DNA of 64,000 nt. Source: Octopus sinensis. Its lineage: Eukaryota. The position numbers and the translations under genes are program-made. Positions 1 to 12,164 of the stretch are shown piece after piece (positions within the stretch are counted from its first letter, which is position 1; each line of letters opens with the position of its first letter). The stretch lies in the NCBI RefSeq assembly GCF_006345805.1, contig NC_043011.1, forward strand, positions 14,520,464 to 14,584,463, read 5' to 3'. Under the pieces are notes generated by a model that did not search any database, was not told the origin of the DNA, and saw only the letters and a program-made list of their open reading frames with translations.

Positions 1-19
1 TCGTGCTCAACTTGTAGCG

Positions 20-150
20 ATTTTATCAACTCCAAAAGGGGATGAAAGGTAAAGTCGGCCTCGGTGGAATTTTAAGTCAGAACGTAAAGACGGCCGAAAT
101 GCTCCTAGGCATTTTGCCCGGAATGCAAATGATTCTGTCAGCTTGCCGCT
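20..150 (-). mobile_element. tRNA-derived SINE, family A, diverged partial copy
   Basis: Reverse complement matches the head and body of the ~230-bp SINE seen intact at 53009 and 55761 (GCGGCAAGCTGACAGAATC...AAATTCCACCGAGG...CCTTTCATCC). Confidence 0.8.
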
Positions 151-299
151 CTCCTTGAATTTTGACTTCATATTACAAACGTTTAAGTGACGTTGACAGT
201 CTTTGTGTGTTTCTGGATGTGTCTTCCACGCTGGAATCGCCTTGGTTTCAACACACGGTTTCAGATCAAAAGACTTGCCTGCTAAGTGCACTTTCCAAA

Positions 300-697
300 T
301 CTTTTATCTTTTACTTGTTTCAGTTATTTCACTGCAGCCATGCTGGTGCATCACCCTGAAGGGTTTTAGTCGAAAAAAATCAAATCCATGCCTTATTTTA
401 TAAAGCCTGGCTCCTATTTTGCCGAACCGCTAAGTTACGGGATCATAAGCAGACCAACAGCCATTTACATAAGCAGACCAAACACCTATATACAAACATA
501 TATAGACATATACATATATATACTTCTATATGAAGGGCTTTTTTCAGTTTCCGTTTACTATATTCACCCACAAGGTTTTGTTCGGCTAGAGGCCATAGCA
601 GAACACAGCTGCTTAAGGTGCTACGCAGTAGGACTAAATCCGAAACCATATGGTTGGTAAGTACGCAAACTTCTTACCACATAGCCACGCCTGCGCC
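300..697 (-). mobile_element. tRNA-derived SINE, family B, diverged
   Basis: Minus strand has head GGCGCAGGCGTGGCTATGTGGTAAG, an internal TA/TG tract and a CCAGCATGGCTGCAGT...CTGAAACAAGTAAAAG tail, as in copies at 5328 and 45296. Confidence 0.85.
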
Positions 698-869
698 TAC
701 ATACAACATATAATTTAACTTTACAGAAAAACGTTGCTGCTGTACAGAAGATAAAAACTGACTGCTTTCAGAGTTTGTTATCGAAGCGTCTCTGTGAAAC
801 GTCGTCTGGACAAGAAAGATGTGAAAGAATATGCACTAACCTCAAGAGAATCGTGAAAAAGCTTGTTTT

Positions 870-3867
870 GATAATACATCCATAAAAATGAAGATAGAGG
901 CAGGACTTAGTGCATCAAAGCAATAAGAAAAAGTCGTTGGCTTACAGAAGTAGAGCTCGAAGCTATCAAAATACGAATTTTAGAAAACAGCAGCAGAAGA
1001 AAGGATAAAAATACATTTCCTACTGATAAAAGTAATCTCGTAGCAGAAAACAGAGGAGAAATCTCTAATAAACCACAGGAAAAGAACAGTGATAGCTTGC
1101 TCGATGAGAGACATATAGATGGTCTGGGAGGAGACAATAAAACTAATGGTGACATGACAGATGGGTAAAAGGCAATCTATGACAGAATAAAGGCTATAGG
1201 AGAACGATATCGACATTGTTTGCAACCTTAAAATGGTTGATCAGTGGAAATTGAAATTGAAGCGAAAACATAACAGACACAAATGATTTGATCAAAGCAA
1301 CAAGAATTGTTGTAGAAGAAAATGTAGGTGTTGATGTCAAGAAAAAATATAATGGGAGTGACAAAAGAAAAAAAATCCATGGTGGAAAAGAATACAAGCG
1401 GGGTTAGATATGCTCTCAAAGGACATTTCTGTGTTAAACTGAAAAGAGAAAGGGGGGCGCGTAAAAGCGAAAAAAATTCGGGACACTGAACAGGAAGTAT
1501 GTAGGATATTGAAGGAAAGGGGCTGAGAGTTGTAATGGAGGAACTGAAACAGCGCCTCGTTGCAAAGAAACCAAAGATGGTAAGATACGACCAAAGAATG
1601 AAGGGATACCAGCAGAATAGTTTATTCAGAGTAGATCAGAAGAGATTCTATAAAGAAATAAATGGAGAGTGTACAGATGAAAAGTTGATACCAGATAACA
1701 TTGAAAGTCAAAGGTTTTGGAGTGACATCTGGAGCAAAGACAAGGAGCACAAGAAGAATGCTGAATGGTTGCAAGAACTAAAACAAACAGTAGTCTGTCC
1801 AAAACAAGCAGAACTAGTCATTTCAGTTAGGGGAGTGAAGGAAATCAGCAAAAATAAAAAAGGGCAACTGGAAGGCCCCGGGACCAGATGGAACTCAAGG
1901 CTACTGGATCAAAAGATTTGGTGAATGTCATGCACGAATAGCTGCACAACACCCTGTTAAATGCCGACCAAGTAACACCAGAGTGGTTGACATTAGGTAG
2001 GACAGTGCTGTGCTTGAAAAACATCGGAAAACGCGATATGGTAGACAATTACAGGCCGATATCCTGTTTGCCGCTTATGTGGAAGTTACTGACTGGAATA
2101 GTCGCAGAGTCAATGTATGGAGATCTGGAAAAAATGGAGTCCTGCCACATGAGAAGAAGGGTTGCAAGCGTAAGTGCAGGGGTACCAAGGATCAACTCCC
2201 GATAGATAAAACTGTACTTAGAGACTGCAAGAGGAGGAAAACTGACTTAGCCGTGCCATGGATGGATTATCGTAAGGCGTACGATATGACTCCACATTCT
2301 TAGATTATGGAATGTATGAACATATTTGTTATTGCATTGAATGTCGAGCGATTGCTTGGAAATAGTATGGCGAAGTGGAGGACGGAACTGACAGCATGTG
2401 GAGGAACTTTAGGGACAATGGGGACTGCCTGTCCCCACTGATCTTTGTACTGTGTATGATACCACAAACATTGATTCTGAGGAAAGCAAAAGCTGGGTAT
2501 ATATTCAAGAGCCACCAACAAAAAGTCAACCACTTGTTAATCATGGATGACCTCAAACTTTATGGTAAAGATGAATTCCAAGTCAGTTCCCTCGTTGATA
2601 CGGTGTATACTTTGAGTGCTGATATCAGAATGGAGTTAGGACGGAAAAAGTGTGGTGTGTTAGTCTTGAAGAGAGGCAACACCAAATGTATGGACGGGCT
2701 AGAGATACCGTCGAGAAGGTTATGAAACTGATAGAAGAGACGAGTATAAGTACTTGGGGATATTGGAAATGGATAAACTGATGGAGAAAGAAATGACAGA
2801 AAAATTGAAGGTGGAGTACTTGCGCAGACTGAGACTGATCCTTAAGTGGAAATTAAACGGACGAAATAAAATTGAAGCTATGAACACCTGGGCGGTTCCA
2901 CTCCTTAGATATGGATCAGGGGTAACCGCATGGACAGCAGACGGACTAAACAGCTTAGACAGAATGACAAGGAAGTTGCTGACTAGATATGGGACACTCC
3001 ACCCAAAAAGTGACACAGACAGACTGTATGTACCAAGAAAAAGATGAGGAAGAGGACTGATTGGATGCGAACACAGCATTAGATTAAAAGAAAACAACAT
3101 ATCAGATGGCTATAAATGACTAAAAGTGATTTAAAACCGGAAACAGAGGCTCTAATCTGTGCTACCCAAGAGCAAGAATTAAGAACGAATTACACTAAAT
3201 ACAGAATAGACAACACATCAGAAAGTGATAAGTGCAGAATTTGTGAACAAAATTGTGAAACTGTATTGAATATTATCAGTCAATGTACGCCACTAGCCAG
3301 AAAGAATATAAGAGACGCCTTGACAATATGGCTAGGATCGTCCTTTGGACACTTTGCAACAAGTATGGACTTGATACAGCAAAAAAGTGGTACGAATATA
3401 AACCCGAAGGCATCACCGAAAATGATAATGTAAACATCCTATGTGATTTTATGATTCAGCTAGAGAATAGGAAACCAGACATAGTCTTAATTGAGAAAGA
3501 AAGCGAACGATGGTGGATCATAGATATAGCATGCCCAGCTGACAACAAGGTATGTCATATGGAAGAAAGAAAAGTCGATACATAGAACAGGTTAGCTTGG
3601 GAGGTTAAAGCAGTTGTGGTCACGGAAAGAAGTAGCAGTGGTATCAATAATTGTCGGAGACCCGGGAACAATGAGTAAAAATTTTGAGAAGTACATGGAA
3701 CAAATAGGAGCTGGAATAAGGATGGGACACTTGCAGAAAACAGCACTGCCTGGAACCGCTCGAATACTCTGGATGGTGCTCGAAAAATAAGGGGTGTTAC
3801 CGTAGTTCACTGGTCGTGAACAGCTGACACCGTAGTACATCTCCAGCGTTAGAAGCTGTGCAAAGGC
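870..3867 (+). mobile_element. R4/Dong-clade non-LTR retrotransposon (RT plus C-terminal restriction-like endonuclease), decayed by frameshifts and stops
   Basis: Collinear ORF fragments: [16 protein letters not shown] (1987-2205), GTKDQL..D and WMDYRKAYD (2010-2303), GDCLSPLIF and MDDLKLY (2375-2725), INTWAVP-like thumb (2754-3047), CRIC..ETV zinc knuckle (3116-3433), RKPDIVL...IDIACP PD-(D/E)xK nuclease (3283-3585). Ends in an (AAT)n tract. Confidence 0.92.
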
Positions 3868-3958
3868 AATAATAATAATAATAATGATAATAATAATAAT
3901 AATAATATAATAATAATAATAATAAAATAATAATAATAATAATAATAATGATGATGAT
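3868..3958 (+). repeat. (AAT)n microsatellite at the 3' end of the R4/Dong element
   Basis: Direct reading. Confidence 0.95.
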
Positions 3959-4502
3959 AGCAGCAGCAACCACATTAATGACAAAAATAATGTTAATATA
4001 CCAATCATAAAATTCAATATGATCTCTATCTTCAATAGTGTGGTTTCTTTGAGTAAATTCTTATAATAATGGAAGGGATTATGTTAGCATTTGATAACAA
4101 CTTCGGATTCAAATAAACTTGATTGAATGATGTTATGATTCGATATTCGATATATAATCACTATTTACCTTGTATTTGGCAACATATCTCTGTTTATGCT
4201 TCTGCATCTATTTTAAGCTTATCACCGAAGATTATGAGCAAAGTGAAAGCAAATTTAATAAAATATCAAGAGTTAATCTGTTTAACAAATTCTAGATGAA
4301 AGGAATGTTAAGATATTACGAAACGAAGAACATAGCTATTCAAAATCACTGCAAAATTTCCTTTTAGAACTTGTGTGTAGATTTCATGGACTTCTAGATC
4401 AACAGTCAAGCTAACTATAAAATACTACTTTCAGAGTGTAGTTTAACAGTAGGGTTTTAAAAATAGCATTAGAATTTCTTTGGGTGTTAGATATACAATG
4501 TT

Positions 4503-4884
4503 AGAGGCGCAATGGCCCAGTGGTTAGGGCAGCGGACTCGCGGTCATAGGATCGCGGTTTCGATTCCCAGACCGGGCGTTGCGAGTGTTTATTGAGCGAA
4601 AACACCTAAAGCTCCACGAGGCTCCGGCAGGGGATGGTGGTGATCCCTGCTGTACTCTTTCACCACAACTTTCTCTCACTCTTACTTCCTGTTTCTGTTG
4701 TACCTGTATTTCAAAGGGCCGGCCTTGTCACTCTCTGTGTCACGCTGAATATCCCCAAGAACTACGTTAAGGGTGCACATGTCTGTGGAGTGCTCAGCCA
4801 CTTACACGTTAATTTCACGAGCAGGCTGTTCCGTTGATTCGGATCAACCGGAACCCTCGTCGTCGTAACCGACGGAGTGCTTCC
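4503..4884 (+). mobile_element. tRNA-derived SINE, head C plus tail 1, full length with 10-bp TSD
   Basis: A box TGGCCCAGTGG, B-box-like GGTTTCGATTCC. ATACAATGTT is duplicated at 4493-4502 and 4885-4894. Confidence 0.92.
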
Positions 4885-5327
4885 ATACAATGTTGGATTT
4901 ATATTGAGATTAATGTTAGACTGTGCTGGATTCATGTCTTGACTATATTGTATGGTTGCTATATAACTTAAGGCCTGTCCTAACTTTTGACATGTTGGTA
5001 AGTCGGTCAACCAACAAGGTGAGCTCTATAGATGTATCGTAAATGATATGCGAAGTTGCCACCTAGACGAGAGACATGCTTCACACTGCAACATAAGTGT
5101 TAATCGCAGGTTATAAACGGTTGCCATCATTTAGACATGCTTCGCACTGTTCTGCCCGAGTCCTCAGGTAAAGACTGGTAAAGCTATTAGATCACCTGAC
5201 AATATTTGTTTCAAATTATGCGTCAGAATTAAAATCCCGCCAAGGTCAACTTTTCCCTTCATCTTTTCAGAGTCTATAAAATAGAATACCAGTCCAAGAA
5301 GTGAATTTGTGGAAAAGTTAAAGTATA

Positions 5328-5743
5328 GGCACAGGAGTGGCTGTGTGGTAAGTAGTTTGTTTATCAACCACATGGTTCCGGGTTCAGTCCCACTACGTGG
5401 CACCTTGGGCGAGTGTCTTCTACTATAGCCTCGGGACGACCAAAGCCTTGTGAGTAGATTTGGTAGACGGAAACTGAAAGAAGCCTGTCGTATATATATA
5501 TATATGTATATATATATATGCATGTGTGTGTATATGTTTGTGTGTCTGTGTTTGTCCCCCGAATATTATTTGACAACCGATGCTGGTGTGTTTACGTCCC
5601 CGTAACTTAGCGGTTCGGCAAAATAGACCGATATAATAAGTACTAGGCTCACAAAGATAAGTCCTGGGGACGAATTGCTCGACTAAAGGTGATGCTCCAG
5701 CATGGCCACAGGCAGATGACTGAAACAAGTAAAAGAGTAAAAG
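5328..5743 (+). mobile_element. tRNA-derived SINE, family B, full length
   Basis: Head GGCACAGGAGTGGCTGTGTGGTAAG...GGTTCAGTCCC, internal TA/TG tract, tail CCAGCATGGCC...GACTGAAACAAGTAAAAGAGTAAAAG. Confidence 0.92.
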
Positions 5744-6623
5744 CGTATCAGATGAAATATTTTGTTCCAGCTCACTAAGTTCTTAATTCTAGACCGTTGG
5801 ACATGGTGCGTTTCTCCTTCTAACTCTACCATTGAGTACTGGGGTTCCTGTAGCGGAGTTTAGTTTGTTGAAAGCTCCCGTATACTTACATAGATAGTCA
5901 TAAGACATCTATTTATTTTTAACTTCTTGGTTTCGAACCAGTGAGAAAGTTACTTGGTAACATTAATAGCTGTTAAAAATAATAGCTAAATATCTTTCGA
6001 ATCAGAGCCTACCAACTTAAGGAAAAATCGAAGGAAGCAATGGATAATTTACTCTTAAATACGCTTAAAATATCTTTGCCACATAGTTACCATCTAATGA
6101 ACCAAGAACTCTATTGCTGTTTGGTCATTGTTCGCCAGCTGTATACCTTTTCATTCAGTATGCAAAAGGATCACATCTGATGCAACAACCGAAATTCTTA
6201 GAGGCTGAATAACTTGAACACAGTTCCCATGAGGAAAACGGTGATTTCTTAAACTAAGGGATTCTCTAGTACTATTAATTGTTGCTGCACAATTGAATAC
6301 TGGATTGCATCATAAAACGTTCCTTTTCTTATTCTTACCCTTGCGGCTATATGTTCCCAGAATCTTTTACGCATCTAATATTATCGTAGAACCCACTATT
6401 TTTTTTAGCGCCTCATTATAAACTTCAGCTGCTCACATAAAGGTATCTTCATCGAAAATTATCGAAGGAACCCGTTTAATAATGTTGCCAGACAATTTAC
6501 TTATAATATGTGCGTAATTCGATTGTCTGTGTTTGTACACTGTTTTCTTATTTCGCTTTGTGCAATGTCTGGAACTCTCATTATCCAGTCTCAAACGGTG
6601 ATAAGATTAATATATATATATAA

Positions 6624-6821
<198 letters not shown>

Positions 6822-7102
6822 ATATGAGTAAATGAATGATGCAATTGAACTATAAAACTTTTATTGAAACAATAATATAAAATACCGTGGTAAGTAATAA
6901 ATAAAATATAAAAGTAAATGTAATAATTCATAACACATATAAAAATATCAATAAATGTAAAAATATTAAAATTTTGATTAAAAAGCTAAAATCGTTACTT
7001 CTAAGCTATACTGCATCTATGTTTGTATGTACGTACGTCAGATGTGCGGACATAGGCAAATACATGTATATATATGTGTGTGCTCGTCTGTATTTACGTT
7101 CC

Positions 7103-7215
7103 CAGGTCAAATTCCGCCGAGGTCGACTCTGCCTTCCAGGGTCGATAAATTAAGTACCCGTTGCATACTGGGGTCGCTCTAATCGACTGGCCTCCTCACC
7201 CAAAGTTTCAGGCCT
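7103..7215 (+). mobile_element. SINE family A fragment
   Basis: TCAAATTCCGCCGAGGTCGACT...GGGTCGATAAATTAAGTACC matches the family A body. Confidence 0.8.
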
Positions 7216-7351
7216 TATGTCTTTTAGGAGACAAGGTTATTTATAGCTTTATGTGAGCTTCGAGAGCCAATGTTCCAAAATAAGAATGATTTCCTATTCT
7301 CTCGATATCGGTGCACCAGCATGGCCACTGTCAAACGACTGAAATAAATAA

Positions 7352-7746
7352 AAGAATTTATATCTTTTACCTGTTTCAGTCTAGGGCAGCGCCTTAGAAT
7401 ATTTTTAGTCAAATGAATAGACTCTCGTAGTTTATTTTTAAAGCCGGGTACTCATTCTCTTTTACCGAACTGCTAAGTCACGTGGATGTAAATAAACAAA
7501 CACCGGTTGTCAAACAGTGGTAAGAAACAAATACTGACAGAAAGACACACATACAAACGTACGCGCAGGCGCACACACACACACGACGATATTCTTTCAG
7601 TTTCCATTTACCAAATCCACTCACAAGGCTTTGGTCGGCCCGAGGTTGTAGTAGAAGACACTAGCCCAAGGTGCCACGCAATGGGACTGAACGCGGAATC
7701 ATGTGGTTGAGAAGCAAGCTTCTTACCACACACTCACGATCGTGCC
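7352..7746 (-). mobile_element. SINE family B, diverged
   Basis: Minus-strand head and tail homologous to 5328-5743. Confidence 0.8.
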
Positions 7747-8335
7747 TATACCCACACATGTGTATAGGCATATATTTATATATTTGTGTATGAGTCGTAT
7801 TGAAAACACGACTATTTTCTAAGTGTCGTTAACCTGGGTTGCAACCCTTTATAGTAGGTGAATCCAATCTGATTAATGTAGACTTTGCTGCTGCAATACA
7901 TTGGCCATTCAGTTTTAGCATTGTCAGTCAATTATATATCTTTGCTTGTATCTAGTTTATGTTAGCTGTGCATTTCACTCAGCATTATACTTTGTCATGA
8001 GTATTCCATTAATTTTCTATTGTCAATATTTGGTTAGTAATTCTCTAGAGTATAGATGTGCTGTGCAATGTAGTACATTGTAACTGCTCCTTCTAGTGGG
8101 AGAGTGCCGTATCTCTATAGTCAATGTATTAGTTGGAGTCGTGAAGTTTACAATTTTACATTTCCATCCTTCCAGTGGTTTGTAACTGAGGAGAAGGGTA
8201 CTAATTTCTTTATATTTGTAGTATATTGTTGACAATAATATCCTCTTAGGCTTAATGGTACAGAGCACTTACCCGTAATTTGAGAGGTACAGGGCTTGAT
8301 TTTCTGTGGAGGCTTGCTGACTACTTTTAAGTGAA

Positions 8336-8640
8336 GGCGCGTGACTTAGGGGTTAAGGTATTCGGCACACGATCGTATGGTCATCAGTTCGATTCCAGCC
8401 TGCACGTTTTGTACCTGATTTTACGTTACTCTAGTTCACTCAGCTGATAAAAATCAGTAGCACCTACAATTTAAAGGGTCAGCCTTGTCACATTCTGTGT
8501 CATACTGAATTTCCCCGAGAACTACGTTAAGGCTACGCGTGACTGGGGAGTACTCAGCCTGTTTCACGTTTATTTCACGAACAGACTGTTTCATTGATCG
8601 GATCAACTGGAACCCAGGTCACCGTAACCAACGGAGTTGC
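8336..8640 (+). mobile_element. tRNA-derived SINE, head D plus tail 1, diverged
   Basis: Head resembles 9172 (GGCGCGTG.CTTAG.GGTTA.GGT...AGTTCGATTCC; TCACTCAGCTG.TAAAAAT). The 3' half AAAGGGTCAGCCTTGTCAC...GTAACCAACGGAGT matches the 3' half of 4503-4884. Confidence 0.75.
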
Positions 8641-9034
8641 AGTATATATTATTATTAGTGTTAGTTTATTTGGTGTATTTTGTGTTCTATTTGATAAGAT
8701 TTTGTAAAACGGTAGCACACAAACAGTTGTAGCGAGACACAACCGAGATGGTGGCAAGAGATATATTTCTTATCGTAAATTCCTACTATCATCACAAGCG
8801 CTTCAACCGTTCTTTATTAGACATCGTATATCTAGGAGTTGAACATACAATATATCGACAATTTTTTAAGACCATAAACAGAAGCAGATTTGAAGGCTAT
8901 TTCACACAGATCGAGCAGCCATAAAGAGTGTCCCTCGGTGTTTCGCGCCAACAAATGTAGGAAAAACAGGTTCATCTAGGTTTTGGGTGAAAAAGGTACA
9001 TTGCTAGTTCAATGGAAGAATAATCAGTGTAATT

Positions 9035-9084
9035 GTAGTAGTCGTAGTAGTAGTAGCTCTAGTAGTAGTAGCTGTAGAAGTAAC

Positions 9085-9140
<56 letters not shown>

Positions 9141-9160
9141 CGGTAGTAGTAGTTGTAGTA
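9035..9160 (+). repeat. (AGT)n microsatellite
   Basis: Direct reading. Confidence 0.95.
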
Positions 9161-9171
9161 GTTGCTTTTGG

Positions 9172-9420
9172 TGGAGGCGCGTGGCTTAGTGGTTAGGGTG
9201 CTGAACTCATGATCGTAAGGTTGTGGTTTCGACTCCTGGACAGGGTGATGCGTTGTGTTCTTGAGCAAAACACTTCATTTCACGTTGTTCCAGTTCCATC
9301 AGCTGGTAAAAATGAGTAATCCTGCGACGGACTGGCGTCCCGTCCAGGTGGGGAATTTCTACGCCACTGAAACCGGGGAAACCGGCCCTTATGAGCCTGT
9401 CATGGCTCGAGAAGGAACAA
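9172..9420 (+). mobile_element. tRNA-derived SINE, head D with a Meta/V-domain-like central block
   Basis: A box TGGCTTAGTGG and B-box-like GGTTTCGACTCC. The central block TGCGACGGACTGGCGTCCCGTCCAGG...GAAACCGG resembles the conserved MetaSINE/V-SINE domain as I recall it; assignment not verified. Confidence 0.7.
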
Positions 9421-9424
9421 TTTT

Positions 9425-9645
9425 TAAAGTTGCTTTTGTTCTTGTTATTGTTTAACCCAGGTCAGCTCTAATGAGGTAGTCCTGTGATTAAATGCGGCCA
9501 AGCTGTGACCATCCAGTCTTTTTTTATTATCCTTGACTACGTTATTCAATGTACCCATCGGGTTTCTTCTTAGATGACGATATAATGAAACGTGCGAGAG
9601 AGATTTGGTTACTATGTCTAGCAGCTCGAGTGATTACAATGATGC
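9425..9645 (-). mobile_element. Interspersed repeat family E (probable retroposon 3' end); further copies at ~5925-6075, 10835-11030 and 51060-51130
   Basis: 9470-9630 and 10860-11030 share AGTCCTGTGAT.AAA.GCG..CAAGC.GTGACCA.CCA and GATATAAT...ATTTGGTT.CT.T.TCTA blocks. AAC-rich tail on the minus strand. Confidence 0.55.
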
Positions 9646-9922
9646 TGATTGTTGTCTGGAGTTGTAATAGAGAAGACAGGCGGTAGACGTATGGAACTGA
9701 TACAACTGTGATTGAAGTGTGTCAGTGAATAAATTCCTTGTCTATCATTTGGGGTCGTTTAGAATGTTCGTGTGACATCTGCACTGTCCCAGGCAGGGGA
9801 CTAATATCTGAAATGGATGATATGTAATGATAATCAACTGGATAGGTTGAATGTTTATTCATTAGATAGATCACCAATTCTAATTATTTATGTCTAGCAA
9901 ATATGGATTTGTGTAGGTACAT

Positions 9923-9958
<36 letters not shown>

Positions 9959-10025
9959 CTGCATCTCTATCTGTTCATGTATCCATTATCCCACCATCCA
10001 TTTATCTATCTCTCCTTCCCTCCGT

Positions 10026-10225
<200 letters not shown>

Positions 10226-10338
10226 TTAATAAGAGGAGGTAGTGTCTGTTGTTCTCACAATGCTTTCAGGACTGCTAAGGTTAATGTAGTTTGTGTTATG
10301 CCTGAACGTCTGCTAGCTGATGATAGAAGGAACTATAC

Positions 10339-10697
10339 CAGTGGTTCTGAAACGGGGTCCATATGACCCCTGGTAGTTAATGTAAGACTTTTGGGGCTCA
10401 AAGCAAGTAAAATAGTAAATTAGGGATCCACAGTAGTATTTAAGGGTCCATGAAAGATATTGCTTTAGATATATTCATTGCAAGAAACAGCTCGGTTTCT
10501 TTCTCTAACGTTCTACGTAGTTCAACTTACACAAACTACAGTGTGAAAAACAAGATTCGAATTTTTAAAGAACCGTCTATAAAAATTAGGTTTTATACAT
10601 TGAATGGTTTTGGGAGTTCTCAAGAGTAGCCTAGTAATCCAAGGGGTCCATAGACAAAAACAAAGAAAGATAAAAGAAAAATGGTTGAGAACCACTG
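10339..10697. mobile_element. hAT (Charlie-like) MITE, 359 bp
   Basis: TIRs CAGTGGTTCTGAAAC / GGTTGAGAACCACTG (13/15 match). Perfect 8-bp TSD AACTATAC at 10331-10338 and 10698-10705 with central TA. Subterminal GGGGTCC motifs. Confidence 0.93.
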
Positions 10698-10745
10698 AAC
10701 TATACGAACAAAAGAAAGAGTTATTTTAGATATCAGTATATGAGG

Positions 10746-10802
<57 letters not shown>

Positions 10803-11619
10803 TTAGTAGTACCAATAGCTGCGTTAATTGCTTTTTATTGTCTTTGTTATTGCTTGACACAGGCCAGCAGTCCTGTGATCAAAAGCGTTCAAGCCGTGAC
10901 CACCCATCTTTTTTCATGATCCGTGAGTACATTATTCAATTCACCTTTCGTGCTTTTTTGCTTTTCTTAACGACGATATAATGTAACTTGAGAAAAAATT
11001 TGGTTGCTGTTTCTAACAAGTCGAGTGACTGTGAAATGTTTCTTGATGTATCGGGAGCTGAGGCGGGTCAGTGAGGTAAAGTAGAAATCATAACGAATGT
11101 TACTGTGTTGTTCGAATAGTGAAAAGCGTTCCGATCATGAACATCTTGTTCATTTTATTACATATTTTGTTGTTGTCAGACATTTCATTTATTACTGTAT
11201 GGAGTGCCATTACATAAACCAATCTCCTTCTTCAAACATAATATTTGGAATGGTTTCAATTTAACTGTTTTTTCATGATAATGCACAGTTAATTTTATTA
11301 GCTTTTTGACCAGTCAGTTTAATTTGTTGTATCACTAAAAATTTTATAGATTGAACTTTATATCGAATATTCAGTAATAGTCGGTTATGATAGAATAAAT
11401 CTTCATATTATAATCAATGACGAAATGATTACGCAATAGCACTTTTTAAAAAAATGTATCTATGTGAGAATTTGTGATGATAGACGCAATATTTAAGTAA
11501 TGAGATTTGTCTGTTTTAAAATGTTTTATCTTTGTGAGAATTTATGATACAAATACTGGTTTTCTATGAAATAGTTATTTATATATTAAACCTTATAATA
11601 ATGATGATCATGCAGCGTT

Positions 11620-11968
11620 ATACCTACCTACCTACCTACCTACCTACCTACCTACCTACCTACCTACCTATCTACCACCTACGTACCTACGTACCTACCT
11701 ACCTACCTACCTACCTATTTCTTTACTACCCACAAAGGGCTAAACACAAAGAGGACAAACAAGGACAGACAAACGGATTAAGTCGATTATATCGACCCCA
11801 GTGCGTAACTGGTACTTATTTAATCGACCCCGAAAGGATGAAAGGCAAAGTCGACCTCGGCGGAATTTGAACTCAGAATGTAACGGCAGACGAAATACCG
11901 CTAAGCATTTCGCCAGCGTGCTAACGTTTCTGCCAGTTTGCCACCTACCTATCTACCTACCTACCTAC
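11620..11968 (+). repeat. (CTAC)n microsatellite split by a SINE A insertion
   Basis: CTAC units on both sides of 11714-11944. Confidence 0.9.
11714..11944 (-). mobile_element. SINE family A, full length
   Basis: Near-identical to the reverse complement of 55761-55991. Confidence 0.93.
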
Positions 11969-12164
11969 CGAAATTGCCCTTTCTATCATCCTTCCTAACT
12001 CAAATTGTAGACATCTCGATAAGTAATAATTGAAATTATACACATCAGTGCTTGATCGGCACGCAGTAAACAAGGATTGGACCAAGAACCAATAAATCTG
12101 CAATATTATTCTCTCTGAACAGTTGTATTTCGACTATCCGTCAGTAGGCATTTGATTTATAATA

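Noticed and set aside
4503-4580. tRNA-like sequences (also 5328, 9172, 18662, 53009)
   Set aside because: A and B boxes are present but there is no complete cloverleaf, and each continues into a SINE body; they are SINE heads, not tRNA genes.
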